From an uncultured virus (IMG/VR IMGVR_UViG_3300035656_000018) (lineage: Duplodnaviria; Heunggongvirae; Uroviricota; Caudoviricetes): a DNA stretch of 64,000 nt. Below are positions 37,634 through 47,358 of the stretch, piece by piece; position 1 is the first letter of the stretch, and each line of letters starts with the position of its first letter. A model generated the notes under the pieces. The model saw only the letters and a program-made list of their open reading frames with translations. It ran no database searches and was not told the DNA's origin. The DNA lies in IMG/VR virus record IMGVR_UViG_3300035656_000018, one strand, 5' to 3'. Both the position numbers and the translations under genes were made by a program.

Positions 37634-39352
37634 ATGATAACGAATAAATGGCTAAACCCTTATCAGAGATCCTTTCAACAGATTAAAGCTAAGCTGATCG
37701 AATCTCTTACTACTATCAAGGATAAGAATGGTCAGACTCTTATCACGGATTATTCCGAGGGTAATATTCTGATAATTATCCTGTCTTTGTTTGCAGCTAT
37801 TGCTGAAGTACTTCATTATTACATTGATAACGTGGGTAGGGAATCTTTCTTATCTACGGCTCGGCGTTATGATAGTGTAGTAAAGCATGGCTTATTGGTG
37901 GACTATTACCCAAGAGGAGCAGTAGCTGCTTCAGTAGATGTAATCCTAACCCGTGATCTTACAGGTAGTAATATTGCTTCTAGGTTAACTATCCCAAAAG
38001 AAACCCTCTTTACAGATGTTAACGGTAACTCCTGGCTTTCTGCTAGAGACGTAACTTGGTATGCTAATGTTACTACTTGTAAAATACCTCTGATTCAACA
38101 TGAGAAATATAATCAGTCTGGGTTGTCAGGATTAGTAATACCTTCCGAAGGTAGACCAGAAATCACAATAGGTAAATTACCTGATGGTAAATACTATGAG
38201 CATGGTACAATGCAATTATCCATCGATGGAACTACTTGGACTTTAGTAGATACCTTTGCTTATTCTAAACCTTCAGATAAACATTTTATGGTAACTGTCA
38301 ATGCTAGCCAAGTTGCCGTAATAGTATTTGGAGATGGTACCTTTGGTTCTATACCTTCTGCAGGTCAAAAGGTAACATCAGCAAGCTTCTATATCACCAC
38401 GGGTATTCAAGGTAATGTACCAGCTGGTTCTATTGTACAAACTCCAGCCATAGTAAAAGCTTCTATATCTGAGGCTACCACTAGTAATCAATATGCTGCA
38501 GGAGGAGGTTCTAGTTATGAGAACTTTGGCATGTTAAAAGAACATATACCCTTGAGTGTTAAAACTCTTGGAGTAGCTATAAGCAAACAGGACTTCGTAG
38601 ATTTAGCTATGCTAATAGATGGAGTAAATAAAGCTGCCGTAGATTATGAATGTGGAAGAAAGCTTACAGTATATATCAGTGCTGATAATGGTGGAGTAGC
38701 TGATTCTGCTATGATAAACAAGGTTTATACCCAACTATCACAGAGAGCCCCCTTAACTACTTGGCTTCAAGTTAAATCTGCAGGATTAGTAGATATAACC
38801 TTAGAGATAGAAGTAACCGGTAAGAAATCTTATAAGACCAACGAAATCCAAGCTCAAGTTCTGAATGCCTTATACAATGCTTATTCTATTGAGAACTCCG
38901 AGATTGGGGGCAAAGTAAGAATCTCAGATATTTATGCTTTGATTGATAACCTATCTACGGTAGATTACTTACATATCAAGAAGTTCTATATTAAACCTTG
39001 GCCTGTTACCATATATGGTAACAAGGAATTACTTCTTGGTCAGTTTAAATTAGAGAAAGCTAATGGGTCCATGACCTATTTTATAAACTTTACTGGAAGC
39101 AATTCATACACTGTAAAAGCTTCAAGTGGAGGATTCCAAACTACTGGCTCTGTAGGTAGTACTATAAACATCACTGATAAAAATAATGGTATCACTTTCT
39201 CTTTGGACATACAAGCAAATGGCTATCAACAGGGATATCGTTATTCTATTACTATCTCAGAACCTAATATGGATTATGAAGATCCTGGATATAACTTACC
39301 CGTATTCCAGAAATCTTCTCAATTAACTTTAACTGTTCACGAAACTGTTTAA
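37634..39352 (+). CDS. Baseplate J / gp6-like wedge
   Basis: ESFLSTA, FGDG.FG.IP, AIS..DF motifs. Confidence 0.85.
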   Translation: MITNKWLNPYQRSFQQIKAKLIESLTTIKDKNGQTLITDYSEGNILIIILSLFAAIAEVLHYYIDNVGRESFLSTARRYDSVVKHGLLVDYYPRGAVAASVDVILTRDLTGSNIASRLTIPKETLFTDVNGNSWLSARDVTWYANVTTCKIPLIQHEKYNQSGLSGLVIPSEGRPEITIGKLPDGKYYEHGTMQLSIDGTTWTLVDTFAYSKPSDKHFMVTVNASQVAVIVFGDGTFGSIPSAGQKVTSASFYITTGIQGNVPAGSIVQTPAIVKASISEATTSNQYAAGGGSSYENFGMLKEHIPLSVKTLGVAISKQDFVDLAMLIDGVNKAAVDYECGRKLTVYISADNGGVADSAMINKVYTQLSQRAPLTTWLQVKSAGLVDITLEIEVTGKKSYKTNEIQAQVLNALYNAYSIENSEIGGKVRISDIYALIDNLSTVDYLHIKKFYIKPWPVTIYGNKELLLGQFKLEKANGSMTYFINFTGSNSYTVKASSGGFQTTGSVGSTINITDKNNGITFSLDIQANGYQQGYRYSITISEPNMDYEDPGYNLPVFQKSSQLTLTVHETV

Positions 39353-39353
39353 T

Positions 39354-41840
39354 ATGATAGACCTTAAGAAACTTATAGATTTCCTACCTTTTGAATATAA
39401 AGACCAAGACACTTATAAGGTAGATGGAAAGGGTATCTTAGAAAGGTTCCTAGAAATTTGTGGAAGTTATTTTCAAGATAATATATCCGCAGATATTGAG
39501 AGTTTACTAGGAATAACTGACTTTGATACCTGCCCAGAGATTTATTTGAATTACCTTTGGGAAAGCTTTGGGCAATTACCTTTTGCAAGGTGGAATAATA
39601 TTGATGAAGGGGCTTTTAAAACTTATTATAATGGTCTGTTAAGTGAAGCTGAATTAAATAGCCTTAAGTCTAAATGGATTTTACCTAAGAAAGGGGCTTT
39701 AGCTTTAACTACTAAACAGATAAGAGATTTACTCAAGTATTCTATATCTCTGATAAAGATACGAGGTACTTCTCAGTTCTTTGAGATATTATTCCGAATG
39801 TATGGGTTAAACTGTACAATAGATGACCCAGCTAAATCAGGATATGATGGTTGGTTAAAAACACATCCTTACTTTGACCAAGATCAGTATTATGATAAAT
39901 CTAACTTTGATAACATTTACGGTTGTAGTCAATGTATCAATGTAACCTTCCATATAACTGGACATGGCTATTCAAATAACTCGGGAGAATTTATAGAGTT
40001 CAGAAAAGCTATAGAAAATATAATCGATAGATTTAAGCCTTATCATGTAGGAGCTACTATTGATTATGGTTTTAATATAAATGATAATTATCTGATAACA
40101 GCCGATTTTGTAGACCCAAATATAAACACTATTCAGCCTGGGTATATAACCTCTGTACCTATTAAGGTTACAGTCTCTAGTAATTATCAAAATGCCGACT
40201 TAAGGTATCAGGTATCTGGAGATGGTAATACTTGGGGTTACAAGAAATATGAAAATGGCACTATTTTTAATGCCACTATAGGTAATCAGACTTATTATTT
40301 TAGAAGTGTGGGAGACCCGACTAAAGTTACCCAAGTTCATGTAAAATTAAAGGAAGTAGTCAAATCCTATAATATATCGGTTAATCCAACTACACTGCAT
40401 ATTACACCAACTAATAAGGAGGTATCGGCTACAGTTACAGCTACTCTTTATCAAGAAGGTAAACAGACTCCAGTTAATATACAATTGGTTGGGGAAACTG
40501 AAGTTAAGCCTTCTGGTTCAACTTATAAATTTAAAGAGCCAGGTACTTATGAATTCCAGATTGTAGAATACCCAGTAAAAAGAGTTTCACTGGTTGTTAC
40601 TAGAGAACCTAATAAATACAAGGTTAAATGTACTCCAGAAGAATTCAAGCTATCAAGTAATGTAACTAGTTTAGCTAAAACCATACTAACTATAGAAGAT
40701 GATTATGATGAGGAAGGTTTGGAATGTTACTTGATTGGTAAAGATGATACTAGGTATAAATCTGGGGATACTTTCCAAACATTTGGTACTGGAGTTTATA
40801 AATTTGCTTGTACTAAGGATAATTTAGAGAACTTTGATGGTATAGGAATATTTACCGTATATACCAGTATCTCTAAATTCACTTATCATTTATCTAAAAA
40901 ATATCAAACTTTATCTTTAGAGATGGGAAGTGGATCTGTAAATCAAGAACTTTACTTATCAGTAACTCCCTCTGATGATCCCGATAATCTTATAGATTAT
41001 GGAGTTAGTATTTATTGTGATAATACTAAGTTAACCGATATTACCTTGAATAAATCTGGTAATGGTAAAGCTAGTGCTACTTATTCATGCAATAAACCGG
41101 GAAGTTATAAAGCTGTATGTAAGGGAGATCCTTCAGTTTATACTACTTGGTCAGTATATAGTTATACCAAACCAGAAGATCCCTATATTTATATCGAAGC
41201 AGTAAATCCCTCAGATCCTAATTGGATATCTCCAAAGGATTGGGCTAATACTCCAAATAACCAGAAGGTAAATGTATCATATCAACTTGCTGAAGGTAAG
41301 TCGGTTACTATCCGAGTAATGCCTTTCGAAATAGAGGGATATGATTCAGTATTACTTATGGAAACCGGAGCAGAGTATAAATTCGAAGAAGTTATTACTT
41401 TAGATAAAGCGGGTACCTATACCTTTGTTGGTAAGGGTAATAAAGACAAGAAGGCTACATTAGTAATCAAAGACTATAATCTTGAAGTTAAGATAAGTTG
41501 TAGTCCTGAAAGAGCTACTCTAAGTGGGCAAGGAGAAGGAGAAGTATATACCACTGTGGTATGTTCTTCTAATCATAAGGATTTTATAACTGATGTAAGA
41601 TTAGTGGGTCAAGCCGATTCACATCCAGTACCTTATGAATTTAGAACTTCTAATCCTGGTACTTATATATTTGAATCTGTTAACAAAACCGATGTAAGGT
41701 GTACATTTGAAGTTACTTTAGCTTTTGATGTACAACCAAATGAATTGGTTTGGAACTCTAATGATATTAGCAGTAAAACTTTCGAAATAGATATACCCGA
41801 AAATACAGCATGGAGAATAACCACGAAACCTCAGGAATAA
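39354..41840 (+). CDS. P2 gpI-like baseplate protein with C-terminal Ig-like repeats
   Basis: L.KIRGT, I.RFKP.H N-terminus; repeated PGTY.F units. Confidence 0.7.
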   Translation: MIDLKKLIDFLPFEYKDQDTYKVDGKGILERFLEICGSYFQDNISADIESLLGITDFDTCPEIYLNYLWESFGQLPFARWNNIDEGAFKTYYNGLLSEAELNSLKSKWILPKKGALALTTKQIRDLLKYSISLIKIRGTSQFFEILFRMYGLNCTIDDPAKSGYDGWLKTHPYFDQDQYYDKSNFDNIYGCSQCINVTFHITGHGYSNNSGEFIEFRKAIENIIDRFKPYHVGATIDYGFNINDNYLITADFVDPNINTIQPGYITSVPIKVTVSSNYQNADLRYQVSGDGNTWGYKKYENGTIFNATIGNQTYYFRSVGDPTKVTQVHVKLKEVVKSYNISVNPTTLHITPTNKEVSATVTATLYQEGKQTPVNIQLVGETEVKPSGSTYKFKEPGTYEFQIVEYPVKRVSLVVTREPNKYKVKCTPEEFKLSSNVTSLAKTILTIEDDYDEEGLECYLIGKDDTRYKSGDTFQTFGTGVYKFACTKDNLENFDGIGIFTVYTSISKFTYHLSKKYQTLSLEMGSGSVNQELYLSVTPSDDPDNLIDYGVSIYCDNTKLTDITLNKSGNGKASATYSCNKPGSYKAVCKGDPSVYTTWSVYSYTKPEDPYIYIEAVNPSDPNWISPKDWANTPNNQKVNVSYQLAEGKSVTIRVMPFEIEGYDSVLLMETGAEYKFEEVITLDKAGTYTFVGKGNKDKKATLVIKDYNLEVKISCSPERATLSGQGEGEVYTTVVCSSNHKDFITDVRLVGQADSHPVPYEFRTSNPGTYIFESVNKTDVRCTFEVTLAFDVQPNELVWNSNDISSKTFEIDIPENTAWRITTKPQE

Positions 41841-41854
41841 ATCAATATTACGAC

Positions 41855-42379
41855 ATGTATACTGAAACATCCACTACATCTATAGTATCTAAAGGATTTA
41901 CGGTAGCTTTTGCTACAGAGTGTCTTCAATTGTTATATGACCTTCGATGGATGATCCTATTAGCATTCATATTGATAATTGCCGACTTCTGGTTTGGAAT
42001 GAATGCTAGTAAGTTAAAGGGCATACCCATTAGAAAATCCAGAGCTGGAAGAAGAACTTTTAATAAGATAATAGATTATATATGTTACTTATTAATGGGA
42101 GCAGTTCTTGGTAAGGCTATTGGAGAACCCTATGGGTTAGATCCCCTAGTAGTATCTATAACCGTATTGGTAGTATGTTATGGATTCGAAGTGGATTCTA
42201 TTTATGGTCATATATGTACATTACACGGAGTAGAAAAGAGATACAGTATCTGGAAGATACTTTGGTCTATAGTAACCTTGAAGTTCAATAACTTATCTGA
42301 AGCTTTCAAGGATATGTCAGAACAATCTAGGAATTATAAACAATCTAAAAACAATAGTAACAATGAAAACGTACTTTAA
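41855..42379 (+). CDS. Holin (phage holin family 4-like)
   Basis: ADFWFG...S....RT..K..DY, E..SI; 2-3 TM helices; start set at ATG 41855. Confidence 0.7.
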   Translation: MYTETSTTSIVSKGFTVAFATECLQLLYDLRWMILLAFILIIADFWFGMNASKLKGIPIRKSRAGRRTFNKIIDYICYLLMGAVLGKAIGEPYGLDPLVVSITVLVVCYGFEVDSIYGHICTLHGVEKRYSIWKILWSIVTLKFNNLSEAFKDMSEQSRNYKQSKNNSNNENVL

Positions 42380-43613
42380 ATATGAGGGTTTGATTAAATC
42401 TAAGGAGGCAGCAGAAGCAATTGCTGCCCCTGTTGCTCTTGGCCCATTCTGTGGATTCGGCTCAGTTAAGGTATCTGGTAATAAGCTATCAGTTCAAGCT
42501 AAAGCAGAAAATGGTAAGGTATTCAAGAATGATGTAGCAGATAGAATTACTGCTAGATATATGGTAAAGAATTCTGAAGATGGAGAATCACCTCAGATAA
42601 ACTTCGGATGTATTTCTAGGGATGGTTATATATTCATCTCTGATGATGAAGAGATAGTAGTAGATAATATCCAAGGTGCTCAAGGGGCTAATTCGGATAT
42701 CTTCCTATTCGCTGTTCATCAAGAAGTATCAGAACCAATTGAAAACCCTATTACTTTCGTAGCATATTGGTCTTCATCTTATGAAAGCTTATATACTCTG
42801 TATAAACAATCACAGAATCCTTACTATCCCTTAGCAGAAGACAAAATCTCTTGGGATATAGTAAAGAATAATCCTGCTTCACATGAGAAATTAAATTATA
42901 CCTATCTTAATTCTCAGGTAGAGGGTGCTTGTGAACCCTACAGAAATAGTAAGAATACCATGGTACTGATTGGAGTATATGGTTCTGGTACTGATGCTAA
43001 TACGAAGGAGTCAGAAAACTATGCAATCATCCCTTATGGAGGTTGTTTCCCTCAACCACTACCCTTTAACTCAGCCTACAATGGGATCATGACCCATTCT
43101 ATTCAAAGAGTAGAACATGTACTGGAAGGATTCGGAGGTAAAGATGACCAGACTAATGGTATAACTAATCTACAAGAATATCTTACTAATCTGAAGAATG
43201 AGCTTATAGAAATGATTAAAAACTCGGCTTCTTCAGTTCCCACTGGATTAATCGCTATGTTTTCAGGTACTACTCCTCCAGAGGGTTGGGCATTCTGTGA
43301 TGGTATGTCTGGTAGACCTAATCTATTGGGTAGATTTGTAGTAGGATATGACCCAAGTAATCAGGATTATAATACCATTGGTAACATGGGAGGAGAAGCC
43401 CTAGTAACTCTTACTCTAGACCAAATACCTCCTCATAGTCATAAGATTACGTTTAAAGGAGAAAAATGGGGGGACAATTCTAATAATCGACCATTCCCTA
43501 ATCATACTAGGCCTGACTCAGATTATACAGCAGATACTCAAGTAACCGGAGGAGGTAGTCCTCATGAGAATAGACCTCCTTATTTCGTACTAGCTTATAT
43601 CATTAAACTATAA
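42363..43613 (+). CDS. Tail fibre with collar domain
   Basis: VPTGLIAMFSG..PPEGWAFCDG...PNL.GRF, HENRPPYFVLAYI. Confidence 0.8.
   Translation: MKTYFKYEGLIKSKEAAEAIAAPVALGPFCGFGSVKVSGNKLSVQAKAENGKVFKNDVADRITARYMVKNSEDGESPQINFGCISRDGYIFISDDEEIVVDNIQGAQGANSDIFLFAVHQEVSEPIENPITFVAYWSSSYESLYTLYKQSQNPYYPLAEDKISWDIVKNNPASHEKLNYTYLNSQVEGACEPYRNSKNTMVLIGVYGSGTDANTKESENYAIIPYGGCFPQPLPFNSAYNGIMTHSIQRVEHVLEGFGGKDDQTNGITNLQEYLTNLKNELIEMIKNSASSVPTGLIAMFSGTTPPEGWAFCDGMSGRPNLLGRFVVGYDPSNQDYNTIGNMGGEALVTLTLDQIPPHSHKITFKGEKWGDNSNNRPFPNHTRPDSDYTADTQVTGGGSPHENRPPYFVLAYIIKL
43398..43584 (+). repeat. 187-bp near-identical repeat, copy B
   Basis: Matches 26246-26432. Confidence 0.9.
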
Positions 43614-43720
43614 TTCTATATAAACTTTTAAAATTATTATGGCTTTTATATTTAAAGAACAGCTAATCGCTTTCGTCCAACACACAAGTGGAATTCTTAT
43701 TGGGAAATAAGTTACACTGG

Positions 43721-43753
43721 AAAGGGAACCTCATGCACTGGGTTCCCTTTTTT
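43721..43753. terminator. Terminator between convergent genes (possibly bidirectional)
   Basis: AAAGGGAACC/GGTTCCCTTT plus T run. Confidence 0.85.
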
Positions 43754-43757
43754 TATG

Positions 43758-44417
43758 TTAGTAATGTAAGTCTTCTTTAGCTTTCTCTTCCCAATATCTT
43801 ATATCTTCTTTAAGTTCTGAGATATATCTTACCGAAGATTTAGTTCTAGGCATATCAAAAAACTCTACTAATAAAATGTTAGTGATACGAGAACCATCCT
43901 TGATTCTCTCTTTAATATAGGGAGGAGGACTAAGCAATATCTCGAAGATCAAATAAGCATCGGGAGATAGGTTCTTCTTCATATATTTATATAACATATC
44001 AAGCATTTCCCCTTTAGCTTTCTCTTCTTCTGTATCATCTTCTAGTTCTTTATCATTATCGAATAAATCCTCTAATTGGTAAAGATTCTGATGATATTCT
44101 GCTCCCTCTCCATAAGCAGTTCTTAATAAATGATTCTTAAAGGTACTGAGAGAAGCTAGTATCCTTGCTTTTAAATGTTCTTCTTCACAAGTACCGTAAT
44201 ATTTATTAAAGACAAATAACATCTTATCCCAGAAATAAGAACTTATGATATCTGGTGTAACATTAAACCTCCTATTATCAATTTGCTTAGTAAGACGTCT
44301 GATAACTGGTTTACAGATTTTATACATCCTATCAAAAGTTTCCTTATCATAATTTTCTTGCATAGGCTTCAACCTATGTATCTCTGATCCGTTGTTGCCA
44401 TTTTCCTTTATCTTCAT
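43758..44417 (-). CDS. Sigma70/ECF-like phage transcription factor
   Basis: DKETFDRMY....PVI (region 2-like) and NLSPDAYLIFEI (region 4-like); lone minus-strand gene with a host-type promoter. Confidence 0.55.
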   Translation of the reverse strand: MKIKENGNNGSEIHRLKPMQENYDKETFDRMYKICKPVIRRLTKQIDNRRFNVTPDIISSYFWDKMLFVFNKYYGTCEEEHLKARILASLSTFKNHLLRTAYGEGAEYHQNLYQLEDLFDNDKELEDDTEEEKAKGEMLDMLYKYMKKNLSPDAYLIFEILLSPPPYIKERIKDGSRITNILLVEFFDMPRTKSSVRYISELKEDIRYWEEKAKEDLHY

Positions 44418-44440
44418 AAGTCTATGTTTAAAATGATATG

Positions 44441-44468
44441 CAAATATAAGTATAATAAATCAAATATA
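44441..44468 (-). promoter_or_regulatory. Two Bacteroidota -7 elements upstream of the sigma-like gene
   Basis: TATATTTG on the minus strand at 44441-44448 and 44461-44468. Confidence 0.6.
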
Positions 44469-44593
44469 AAATAATATATTAATAAAGTTCACCTAGAAGC
44501 TGAGGATTAGTGAGTACTAGGATGAGAGTCTATATGTACAACTCTAACCGAGACTATAGAAATCTATATGATTATACTTAATTATATTGCAAT

Positions 44594-46024
44594 ATGAAAA
44601 AAGATAGTACCAAGTTTGAATTTGACACCAGCTTTCAATTAGAAATCCTAAGGTATCTCTTAAAGGATAAAGAGGGAGGTCTAATAATCAAAAAGATTAA
44701 ACCAAGTTACCTAGTTCTGATTGAGCATTCTTTAATTGCCGAGGGCATATTTAAGTTCTTCAAAAAGAAAAACAAGATGCCTTCTAAGAATATCCTTAAA
44801 GAAGTTATAAAAGAATTGCTTGAATCTAAAAATTACGTTGACCTGGTTACTAAGGATGATATACCCAATATCCATAAAATAATCGATGACCTATATTCAA
44901 ATCCCTTGAATGATTCCGAATACATTCGAGAAAAAATATATCAATTCTCTACCTATGTAGAGATGAAGAACTTGAATGATTCTTTTGATTTGGATAACTT
45001 CGAACAATACGAAACCTATTCAAGGAAAATAGAAAAGATACTTCAAAACTCAAAACCTAAGAAAGATGATGAACCTATCTTTATGATAAGGGATATTACA
45101 GAAAGACAATTCAAACGTCAAGCAGAACCATCTGTAATACCTTGTCCATTTAGACAACTTAATGATATTACCAATGCTGGAGGTTACCCAGAACATTCAG
45201 TAAATGTTATTCTCGATAAACCCAAAGCTAAGAAAACTTTCTTCATGGTAAACTTGGCAAGAGGGTATTTAAGAATGAAGAAATCAGTTTTATATATAGA
45301 TACTGAAAATGGTAAAGAACAAATCATGGACCGATTTATTCAATCCTCTATCAATAAAACTAAGAAGGAATTATACTCGGGTGAATATGATAAACTCGAA
45401 GCTAAACATCTTCGTAAACTTGCAAGGTTTGGAGTTGAACTAGTAGTTGAAAGAGTTCCTGCAATGATTACAGATTGTAATTATATAAGAGAACTTATAA
45501 TTAAGCTAAGAAACCAGGGCATCAATATTAAAGTACTGATGGTGGATTATGCAGGAAAGCTTGCTTCAATTGCTAGGGATAAAGAGGACTTTGACCGTAT
45601 ATCGAATGTATATATAGATATTCAGAATCTAGCAGAAGAAATGGATTTAGATATTGTATGGACTGCTCATCATATTACCAGAGAGGGTAAGAAACATAGG
45701 ACTACTAGATATGATGAGAATGATATATCTGGTTCTATTGCAATTGTTCGTAATGCCCATACAATAGTTGGTCTTAACTCTACTGAACAAGAAGAAAAAG
45801 ATGATATACTTCGTTGTGAATTAGTAGTACAAAGAGATGGTTTACCTAGTGGTAGAGCATTATTTAAATGTGATGTTGAAAGGCAAAGATGTGTAGAGTT
45901 TACTAAAGAACAACGTAAACAGTACGATGAAATATATGGTGAAAAGCTTGAGGAATCTCTTAAGAAGAAAGGGAATCCTGATGCTAACGAAGATAAGTAT
46001 AATAAGAAACAAGGAGATATATAA
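44594..46024 (+). CDS. DnaB-like replicative helicase (atypical Walker A)
   Basis: VLYIDTE, LMVDY, VWTA, ISGS, A....GL motifs; P-loop reads DKPKAKKT. Confidence 0.8.
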   Translation: MKKDSTKFEFDTSFQLEILRYLLKDKEGGLIIKKIKPSYLVLIEHSLIAEGIFKFFKKKNKMPSKNILKEVIKELLESKNYVDLVTKDDIPNIHKIIDDLYSNPLNDSEYIREKIYQFSTYVEMKNLNDSFDLDNFEQYETYSRKIEKILQNSKPKKDDEPIFMIRDITERQFKRQAEPSVIPCPFRQLNDITNAGGYPEHSVNVILDKPKAKKTFFMVNLARGYLRMKKSVLYIDTENGKEQIMDRFIQSSINKTKKELYSGEYDKLEAKHLRKLARFGVELVVERVPAMITDCNYIRELIIKLRNQGINIKVLMVDYAGKLASIARDKEDFDRISNVYIDIQNLAEEMDLDIVWTAHHITREGKKHRTTRYDENDISGSIAIVRNAHTIVGLNSTEQEEKDDILRCELVVQRDGLPSGRALFKCDVERQRCVEFTKEQRKQYDEIYGEKLEESLKKKGNPDANEDKYNKKQGDI

Positions 46025-46042
46025 ACCTAAAACATTAAGATT

Positions 46043-46399
46043 ATGATTAAGAGATTAGAAGGAATTCAAAAAGGTCAGAAGGTTTACTTAGTACCTTCAG
46101 ATTCAAGATGTACTCCACAATATGCAGAAGTATATTCAGTGGGTCCCAAGTATATAAAACTTACTGGAGTTAATATAAGTTTAAGGGAATTCTTCTCTGA
46201 AGATGGAAGATCTGCTAAATGGGGAGGATGGGAACTTTTCCTTTCAAAGGAATCCTATGAAGAACACAAAGAATTACTTTCACTTAGGTCACAGGTAGTT
46301 ACTTTATTTGAGCAAATGATACTGAAATGCGAAGACCTAGATAAATTACGTAGGCTAAAGAAAAGATATGCCCAATATGATGACCCATTACCCTTTTAA
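46043..46399 (+). CDS. Hypothetical protein
   Basis: 118 aa, SH3-like beta N-terminus, ends DDPLPF. Confidence 0.7.
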   Translation: MIKRLEGIQKGQKVYLVPSDSRCTPQYAEVYSVGPKYIKLTGVNISLREFFSEDGRSAKWGGWELFLSKESYEEHKELLSLRSQVVTLFEQMILKCEDLDKLRRLKKRYAQYDDPLPF

Positions 46400-46401
46400 C
46401 C

Positions 46402-47358
46402 ATGAGTAAAATCACTAATGAATTTAAAACCAAGCTCTACAATTATTTTATTAAGAGCTTGGGCGCTTATCAATATAAACATGGTTGGATGAAATTACCA
46501 GTATGCCCCTTCTGTCATAGGGAACATAAGATGGGAATTAATCTTTCTATGTACCGTACTAATTGTTTTAGATGCAATTATCATATGAATCCTGCTCAAC
46601 TAGTAATGGATGTTGAAGGATTTGATACTTATGCCGAACTTTTAAAATTTCTAGATAATGGAAACTTTACAGACAAAGCTTTCTCAGAAGAGAAGATTGA
46701 ATTATCCGATGCTAAGCCCGTCTATCTTCCAGATGGATTTAAACTCATTAATCAAGGAACATCACAAGTTGCAAGAAGCATTAGAAGTTACATGTCGAGC
46801 CGTGGGTTCACTATCGAAGAATTATCAAAACATGGTATCGGATATGTTGCCACAGAGGGACCTTTTTTTGGGTACCTCATTATACCCTATTATTATAAAG
46901 GGACGCTCAGGTATTATAATGCCAGAAATGTTATTGGACAGGGCCCAAGATACAATAATCCAAATAAAGATATTACGGGACTTGGAAAGGAATTTATTAT
47001 CTTCAATCAAGATGCCCTCGACATGTATAGTTCGATATTTATCTGTGAGGGAGCAATCAATGCACTTACTATGGGAGACAGGGCTATTGCCACCATGGGT
47101 AAGGCAATCAGTGCTTACCAAGTTAACCAGCTTATCAAATCTCCAGTTAATAGATTTATATTACTCCTGGACCCTGATGCCATCAAATATTCAATCAACC
47201 TGGCTTTCAAATTGGTCGCTTATAAAAAGGTCAAAGTTATACAATTGCCTGAAGGTAAAGATTGTAACGACCTTCAAAGACCAGCTGTTATGAAACTGGT
47301 ATATCAAACAAGATATCAATCTTATAGTGATTTAGTAAAATTAAAAAATAGCCTATGA
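46402..47358 (+). CDS. dnaG: DNA primase (Zn finger + TOPRIM)
   Basis: CPFC...CFRC, ICEG, LDPD, KDCND. Confidence 0.88.
   Translation: MSKITNEFKTKLYNYFIKSLGAYQYKHGWMKLPVCPFCHREHKMGINLSMYRTNCFRCNYHMNPAQLVMDVEGFDTYAELLKFLDNGNFTDKAFSEEKIELSDAKPVYLPDGFKLINQGTSQVARSIRSYMSSRGFTIEELSKHGIGYVATEGPFFGYLIIPYYYKGTLRYYNARNVIGQGPRYNNPNKDITGLGKEFIIFNQDALDMYSSIFICEGAINALTMGDRAIATMGKAISAYQVNQLIKSPVNRFILLLDPDAIKYSINLAFKLVAYKKVKVIQLPEGKDCNDLQRPAVMKLVYQTRYQSYSDLVKLKNSL
46658..47293 (+). CDS. Possible overprinted +1-frame ORF inside the primase gene
   Basis: 211 codons without a stop in AT-rich DNA; ATG with A-rich context. Confidence 0.3.
   Translation: METLQTKLSQKRRLNYPMLSPSIFQMDLNSLIKEHHKLQEALEVTCRAVGSLSKNYQNMVSDMLPQRDLFLGTSLYPIIIKGRSGIIMPEMLLDRAQDTIIQIKILRDLERNLLSSIKMPSTCIVRYLSVREQSMHLLWETGLLPPWVRQSVLTKLTSLSNLQLIDLYYSWTLMPSNIQSTWLSNWSLIKRSKLYNCLKVKIVTTFKDQLL

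Noticed and set aside
26246..43584. Diversity-generating retroelement TR/VR pair
   Set aside because: Mismatches include T/C and reciprocal A/G changes rather than adenine-only changes, both copies lie in coding genes, and no reverse transcriptase is in the window
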